Shown here: one piece after another, positions 58,293 through 64,000 of the stretch
How the letters are laid out: the number at the start of each line of letters is the position of its first letter
How positions within the stretch are numbered: position 1 is the stretch's first letter
From: a virus
Length of the DNA: 64,000 nt
Virus record (IMG/VR): IMGVR_UViG_3300028029_000007
Span: 22,046-86,045 of that record
Direction: 5' to 3' (one strand)
Notes under the pieces: generated by a model
What the model was told of the DNA's origin: nothing
The model's database searches: none
Seen by the model: only the letters and a program-made list of their open reading frames with translations
Program-made: the position numbers and the translations under genes

Positions 58293-61100
58293 TTATTTAT
58301 CAATATCTAATGGGCCCCATCGATTACATTTTGACTCAGAGATTAGGTATTCAGGCTTTCCCACACCGGTCCTTAGAGATGCCACCAAATGACCGCTCAA
58401 ATAACAAAAGCCTCCAATTCCTAATTCAGATGGTGGAGTGCCAGAGTCTGCATAGAACTGATTCCAGGAATTCGCTCCATCAACAGAGAAATAAACATCT
58501 GAAACGCTTGCTGAATTAACGGAGACAACTAGAGCATTACCAATCATCTGAGCGGAGTGATAGCCAGAGGCTGTAGGTAGCGTGCTAATATTATACCAGG
58601 CTGAAGCTCCAACATCAGTGGAGTGATAAACCTCACCAATAGAAGTGATGATAACCCATCTAGAGTTGATTCTATCCCACATGCATTTATCAGGAGCCCC
58701 TGTGAATGCAAAGTTTGATTGAGCAGACCAGTTAGCAACATTTCCAAGACCATTGGTTGATATTCTGTAGTTCCCCCAGCCATCAACAACAAGCATATCA
58801 CCATCCAAGTTTCTGCAGATGTCTATGATGGATGAAGTCATTGTCGTACTTACTACAGGAGCAAACCCACCTGATCCGCCTTGTCTCATAAGATTTGTTC
58901 CAGATCCCCAGTAGAACCCATCATCAAACTTATCTTTGTAAATCAGTCCTCCTGAGTAGGTAGAATCAATAATTCCAGTAAAGGAAACTCCAAAGATTCC
59001 GTAAATACCATCAAGGATTAGATTTGAGAAGTAGAGGGTAGCTCCAACGTTAAAGAGGATACGAGATTCGTTAGATGCAGTATCTGCCTCTCTAATAACT
59101 AAGCGCTCACAATCTCCAGGTACTACTGTTGCTATCTGTCTGGTGTTAATCCTTCCAGAGCCAGTGAGATTAGTAAGGAAAACAGCGCCACCCAAGGTGC
59201 CAACCCATAGTGCACAACCGTTGCCCCATATATCCCTAATGGCTCCACTTGACCTTTCCAGGTACACAGGGTTTGATGCTACTCTAGAGAACGTACTTTC
59301 AGATCCTTTATTCCAGGTCCCCCTAAGAACATCTCTAGACTTCTGTGGTTTCTCAAACGTTTGATGGGTCCAGTCATACCCAAATGATTGAGGGCCAATA
59401 GCTGTTTCACTTTCACTATTTTTTACGTAGAAGTAGTTGCCTGTTGCGCCTAAATACTTAAAAGTAAAGGTAGAAACAATATCTGCGTGTGCAGTACAGG
59501 CTGTGTAGTCAGTGTACGGAACGAAGTTAAATCCTGGGAGTGCGGCAGACCCAGCAATACTAAGCATAACTTCTATAATTCTTCCAGTGATACCCGGACC
59601 AATATCTGACGGTTGTATAACTGTAATATTAAGCTGTTCTCCATCGGCAGGTTCACCCTGAAATATTAAAATTACTGAGGTTGAACGCGTAAGTCCAGGG
59701 CCAGCTATTACCGTTATATTCGAAGGATATGGATAATTGATTGATATTAATCCAGAATCAATATCATTTAGAGTATATGTTCCAGGAGATAATACAAGCT
59801 GTGATGTATTAGTAATCCCTGATACTATAACATCCTTAGATGCATTAACATTTCCTGTAACATTAACATCTCCCGTAACATTAACGTCCTGGATAGCATC
59901 AATGTCAGAGGTTACATTTCCACTAATGCTTAGATCAATAACATTAAGTGTACCTCCAACGCTTAATACATCATCTACATTAGAAAAATCAAAAGTATCA
60001 GTATGATGTGTTCCCCAGTTATTTATATTAATTAATCTTATATAATCCTGAATAGTTCTTCCATCATCTAGGAAATCACCTGATGTAATACTATCAAGGC
60101 CGCCATAGTTACCCTCAATAACCATTGATGTTAAAGTATTTGTAATTACAATATCTTTTATATAAATACAACCCGCTGCAGACCATGTTGTATTCAATCC
60201 TTTGTGAAAGTTATTCTTAATAGTCGCATTGCAATTAACCATTGTTATAAAGAACCTGTCATTAATTGTTCCTAGCCCACCATCACCGAATGTTCTTGCC
60301 CTACAATTAGTGACCGTTAAGTAATCTAGATCTCCCTGTCTAGCGTCAAAGTCTACAGCTGTCTTTACACCATCAATGTAACACTCTGACATGTGAAGAA
60401 CCGTTCCTACACCAATAGCCGTAATACCTATGAACCCAATAGCTCTATGGGTTACAGCAACTGGTCCTGCAATAGCACGCCCAATTAATATGCACTTTTC
60501 GATTACAAGGTTTGCTCCATGCTGCATCTGAACCATAGGTACTCCAGACATTGATGGGCCACCAGAAGCAACGGTACCATTTAAGTTATCATAAAGCTTT
60601 AAATCCTTTAAAACATTCTGATCGTCGAACTGTTCCATTGCAATAACTGAAGGTTGAATATCATTCTTTGTAGATCCAGTTTGGAATAGAAACATTGGAG
60701 TCTCCCCCATCTCTCCAATAATGGTTGTGCCACCTCGCTCTCCTATAATGGATATGCCATTGGGAACGGTAACCGTTGTCTCTATGCAGTACGTACCAGC
60801 TTGAACAATGATAACTCCACCATTAGCTATTGATGACTCAGCAAAAGCTGCAATAAATGCATCAGCAAGATTACCGGTACAATTATCATATCCGGCACCT
60901 ATGGTGACATTACCTTTCGAGGCTATAGCTTCCAATGCAGTCTGGACATTTTCAGCACCAAGAACGAATGGGGTTACATCAATTTGGTCAGCTTCGTGAT
61001 GCCAGTCTCCACCCCCAACATGAGCGTTAAAATCCTGCTTCTGCGTTGCCCCCGCACCGCCCTCCTTCAACCTGCCTGAACCTATAAATCTTTTAACCAT
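58293..61100 (-). CDS. Tailspike/fibre-like protein: beta-helix N-half, beta-propeller-like C-half
   Basis: GGVIIVQAGTYCIETTVTVPNGISIIGE pectate-lyase-like start; DVNVTG repeats; Asp-box-like ISTNG..W, HSTD..W, FSVDGANSW. Confidence 0.65.
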   Translation of the reverse strand: MVKRFIGSGRLKEGGAGATQKQDFNAHVGGGDWHHEADQIDVTPFVLGAENVQTALEAIASKGNVTIGAGYDNCTGNLADAFIAAFAESSIANGGVIIVQAGTYCIETTVTVPNGISIIGERGGTTIIGEMGETPMFLFQTGSTKNDIQPSVIAMEQFDDQNVLKDLKLYDNLNGTVASGGPSMSGVPMVQMQHGANLVIEKCILIGRAIAGPVAVTHRAIGFIGITAIGVGTVLHMSECYIDGVKTAVDFDARQGDLDYLTVTNCRARTFGDGGLGTINDRFFITMVNCNATIKNNFHKGLNTTWSAAGCIYIKDIVITNTLTSMVIEGNYGGLDSITSGDFLDDGRTIQDYIRLININNWGTHHTDTFDFSNVDDVLSVGGTLNVIDLSISGNVTSDIDAIQDVNVTGDVNVTGNVNASKDVIVSGITNTSQLVLSPGTYTLNDIDSGLISINYPYPSNITVIAGPGLTRSTSVILIFQGEPADGEQLNITVIQPSDIGPGITGRIIEVMLSIAGSAALPGFNFVPYTDYTACTAHADIVSTFTFKYLGATGNYFYVKNSESETAIGPQSFGYDWTHQTFEKPQKSRDVLRGTWNKGSESTFSRVASNPVYLERSSGAIRDIWGNGCALWVGTLGGAVFLTNLTGSGRINTRQIATVVPGDCERLVIREADTASNESRILFNVGATLYFSNLILDGIYGIFGVSFTGIIDSTYSGGLIYKDKFDDGFYWGSGTNLMRQGGSGGFAPVVSTTMTSSIIDICRNLDGDMLVVDGWGNYRISTNGLGNVANWSAQSNFAFTGAPDKCMWDRINSRWVIITSIGEVYHSTDVGASAWYNISTLPTASGYHSAQMIGNALVVSVNSASVSDVYFSVDGANSWNQFYADSGTPPSELGIGGFCYLSGHLVASLRTGVGKPEYLISESKCNRWGPLDIDK

Positions 61101-61138
61101 ATCTAAATGCTTACTTATTACAATAAAATAATCACTAA

Positions 61139-62281
61139 GTGCTTATATTTAAGCATATTTACATGCCGAAAATACACCAGGCCCAGATGGAGAAAAAAGA
61201 TATCAATATCAAGAAAACCATGCTCAAATATAACCAAAAAGTCTGGTCCATCTGCAGGTATAACAAAAAAATAATTATAAGTATGGAATGCGGTGAAAAG
61301 CACCAAAGAAAAGTGAATTGGCCCCCTAAGTCAAAACATTGTCCTACCTGTAGTAATAATGAAAAAGAAAAGGAAATGCTGTCAGAACTAACTGCATTTA
61401 TAGATGCTCATTCTGGTAAATTAATTTCACACAAATGTAAGCGTGCAATTATACAATGCAAGGAAGGGCATACCTGGAGTGCTAACTTTACAAATCTTAT
61501 ACATCAACAAACATGGTGCAAGAAATGTCACCTGAAAAACATTTATGAAAATAGGCTAGCTAAAATAAGATATCTTATAACGGAAAATAAGGGAACACTA
61601 ATTAGTGTAAATGATGAGGAACTGAATATTAGATGTGAATTTAACCATGAATGGAAAACTACAAAGCAAATAATAGTAGCAAAATCATGGTGCCCTACTT
61701 GTTCATCTGGCAAATCAGAAAGAATATGTAGGGCTATTTTTGAAAAAATATTTAATGATACCTTTGAGAAAATACGGTTAAATATATTACGCTCAAAAAT
61801 CACCAATAAAAAACTAGAACTAGATGGATATTGTAAAACCCTGGGAATAGCATTCGAATATAATGGGCCACACCACTATGCTCCAATATATGGAGAGGAT
61901 GTCTTTATTAAGACCAGGTATAATGATCTGCAAAAAAGAAAGATGTGCAAAAATAATGGAATAAGTTTAATAACAATAAGGCATAAAGAATTCACCGTTA
62001 AAACTATGACTAGTGAAATATTAAAACTATGCAAGGGTCTACAGATAATAAATAAAAGTCCCAATATATGCAGGGATGATATACTCTATGACGCCCCAAT
62101 TAGAAAAGTAAAAGATATACTTATAAATAATAATTTAGAATGCTTAACCGGCTCAATTTACAATGTCCATGAAAAAATTCTAATAAAATGCAAAAGAGGA
62201 CATGTTTTTAAGAGGAATGCATCTTATATTATCTATAGTAAAAAGAGTGTTTGCCTTGAATGTAAACGCTTAAACGCTTAA
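61139..62281 (+). CDS. Zinc-ribbon-repeat PD-(D/E)xK/Vsr-like endonuclease (paralogue of 12163-13215)
   Basis: CKEGHTW..WCKKC, CEFNHEW..WCPTC; LELDGY..IAFEYNGPHHY..DLQKRKMC; inserted antisense; exact start uncertain. Confidence 0.8.
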   Translation: MLIFKHIYMPKIHQAQMEKKDINIKKTMLKYNQKVWSICRYNKKIIISMECGEKHQRKVNWPPKSKHCPTCSNNEKEKEMLSELTAFIDAHSGKLISHKCKRAIIQCKEGHTWSANFTNLIHQQTWCKKCHLKNIYENRLAKIRYLITENKGTLISVNDEELNIRCEFNHEWKTTKQIIVAKSWCPTCSSGKSERICRAIFEKIFNDTFEKIRLNILRSKITNKKLELDGYCKTLGIAFEYNGPHHYAPIYGEDVFIKTRYNDLQKRKMCKNNGISLITIRHKEFTVKTMTSEILKLCKGLQIINKSPNICRDDILYDAPIRKVKDILINNNLECLTGSIYNVHEKILIKCKRGHVFKRNASYIIYSKKSVCLECKRLNA

Positions 62282-62286
62282 ACGCT
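62263..62286. repeat. (TAAACGCT)3 tandem repeat across the nuclease stop codon
   Basis: Read directly. Confidence 0.85.
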
Positions 62287-62330
62287 ACAGTAGCTATAAT
62301 TCACTATGGTAAATCTAGGTTATTTTCAAT

Positions 62331-63926
62331 TTATGGTAATATTAAAAGATGATCGTGCCCTAGCGTGGGGCAGATAATGCCATTGATCACCGGATGTGAA
62401 TGACCTTGAACTACATTGGTCGTTTGATTAATTTGCTCTATAGAAGTTATAGTATCGGATGATATTACAACTCTATGAATATGTGGAGGAATAGACCCAG
62501 TAACCATTCCAATAGAAGTAGTAACCTCTTGAGGAATCAGCGATGTATCATATACTGCCCTGAATTGAACAATTGGATCGGTCTTACGAACTCTAACGGC
62601 TGTAAATACTTGACGACCATCATTATTTAACAAAGTCTTGTTTCTTGTAATATTGATAATCTCATATCTAAACTCTTCAGTGCCGTCCCTATTGAATCTA
62701 ATGAGCACATCTCCATCGTCAAGCATTGGATATGGAAGGGTCCATCCATTTGGAACAAAATCATTCTCAAGCCCCATCTCTTCACGCTTAATATCTTCCT
62801 TAGTAGGGTCGAATCTAACCATGATACGACCATCGGACCTTCTTACGTTCCTAAATTGCTCATATCCAATAACCATCTCGGTACCATGGTTATCAATGCC
62901 ACGATAAGTTGTAGATTCCTTATGATTATTATAATGCATAGAAACCTTTCCTGAAGTTTGACGTTTCAATAAAACCATTGGCTCGCCAGTTGTCTCAAGA
63001 ATTAACTCTTCACGCTGTGAGTTGTGATCATTGAAGGTAAGGCCCCTGATAGGTCCGGAAACTCCATTGTATCCATCAGCGCAATAATGCTCTCCACCAA
63101 AGTATGTACCAATACACTTACCTGAAATGTAATCCTCGGGACGTGTCCTATGATATCCTGAGTAATCGTACCTCTTGAATTTTTCATTCAGGCAATCAGA
63201 CGCATCATGGTCAGGCATCACTATTAGGTCCTTCTCCATGTATCCATCAGTACTAGTGTGATTGTACTTGAATGAATTGAAATTATTCTCCTCAAGCATT
63301 ACAGATTGATTAAGCTCTTCAAATCCAGCGAAGTGATAGACAAGGGGGTCCCTGTTTACATACCCATCATACCCATCTATTGCATGAGGGCGCGCTTCAG
63401 TGGAAAATAATCCTCTTTGACCCGGAGATGATATTAATGTAGATCCAGGAATGTCTACCGAAGAATATCCTATAATCTCTGCGCCAATAAGTAGTAATCC
63501 ATATGACGGGAATGTCTCAACATCTGATACCGGTATAATCGTATCCGTTTCGGAGATGTCCTGAAGAAGCATTCCCTCCGGATACATTGCAAGTCCATTT
63601 ACAACCGGAAGCTGCGATAGGTTTACATCATTTATTGGGAACGATGTTCCTCGAACGCTAAAATAATACACATCTCCTGGGATTAAATCCGGGATAGTTG
63701 CGCTTAGCTGGAGGGGATTTGTAATAACAAACTTGATTCCCTCAGAAAACACATCATCCCTGTTCGTTGAATAGTAAATGTTGTACGCAACATTGTAGTC
63801 AAGTCTTTGAGAATATGCACGATACCAATCAATAGTGATGTTATAACCATCACCTTCTGACTTAGCAATTTGTATTCCAGCAAATGGAAGGTTTGCATAC
63901 GTAGGTACAGGATTAAAGCAACCCAT
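62331..63926 (-). CDS. Probable neck/head-closure protein with N-terminal FN3-like domain and C-terminal His-rich motif
   Basis: AYNIYYS...IPDLIPGDVYYFSVRG (FN3); TGEPMVLLKR...WTLPYPMLDDGDVLI..RYEI..R..RQ (head-closure-like); HIH/GHSH/GHDH; 5 DGY. Confidence 0.55.
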   Translation of the reverse strand: MGCFNPVPTYANLPFAGIQIAKSEGDGYNITIDWYRAYSQRLDYNVAYNIYYSTNRDDVFSEGIKFVITNPLQLSATIPDLIPGDVYYFSVRGTSFPINDVNLSQLPVVNGLAMYPEGMLLQDISETDTIIPVSDVETFPSYGLLLIGAEIIGYSSVDIPGSTLISSPGQRGLFSTEARPHAIDGYDGYVNRDPLVYHFAGFEELNQSVMLEENNFNSFKYNHTSTDGYMEKDLIVMPDHDASDCLNEKFKRYDYSGYHRTRPEDYISGKCIGTYFGGEHYCADGYNGVSGPIRGLTFNDHNSQREELILETTGEPMVLLKRQTSGKVSMHYNNHKESTTYRGIDNHGTEMVIGYEQFRNVRRSDGRIMVRFDPTKEDIKREEMGLENDFVPNGWTLPYPMLDDGDVLIRFNRDGTEEFRYEIINITRNKTLLNNDGRQVFTAVRVRKTDPIVQFRAVYDTSLIPQEVTTSIGMVTGSIPPHIHRVVISSDTITSIEQINQTTNVVQGHSHPVINGIICPTLGHDHLLILP

Positions 63927-64000
63927 TTAAACTCCTAATAACTTAGTAAGCCCATATTTTCTGGCTGCAATGCAGTCCATTAGTTCTTCCTTTTTATCTT
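63927..64000 (-). CDS. 3' end of an upstream gene (partial)
   Basis: ...DKKEELMDCIAARKYGLTKLLGV*; the stop abuts the ATG at 63926. Confidence 0.5.
   Translation of the reverse strand, partial: DKKEELMDCIAARKYGLTKLLGV

Noticed and set aside
59840..59895. Short repeat encoding DVNVTGDVNVTGNVNA
   Set aside because: Ordinary beta-repeat of fibre shafts; explained by the host CDS.

Overview
The window looks like a segment of a large contractile-tailed (myovirus-like, probably jumbo) phage genome, with almost all genes on the minus strand in standard code 11. In the direction of transcription (64000->1) it carries a neck/head-tail region, two beta-helix appendage proteins, a holin-like gene, tail terminator, sheath, tube, chaperones, tape measure, hub, spike, gp25-, J- and I-like baseplate proteins and a dockerin-bearing virion protein. 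These run directly into a ~15 kb cluster of soluble glycan-synthesis genes: about 9 glycosyltransferases, a SAM methyltransferase, UDP-sulfoquinovose synthase sqdB, gmd, fcl and two decayed sulfotransferase-like relics. The most striking unexplained signal is the tripeptide Asp-Gly-Tyr (DGY). By manual count it occurs 27 times, with varied codons, in seven predicted outward-facing virion proteins and zero times in tube, tape measure, hub, spike and J-like proteins. Together with the adjacent glycosylation cluster, this suggests a phage-encoded, sequon-directed virion modification system, possibly Tyr O-glycosylation with fucose/sulfoquinovose; this is inference and untested. Also present: three intact HNH endonucleases plus three unannotated relics of the same family, two zinc-ribbon nucleases, a self-contained antisense lipoprotein 'moron', a candidate +1 chaperone frameshift and a (TACT)12 microsatellite. 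All protein assignments come from motif recognition by eye, not database searches.
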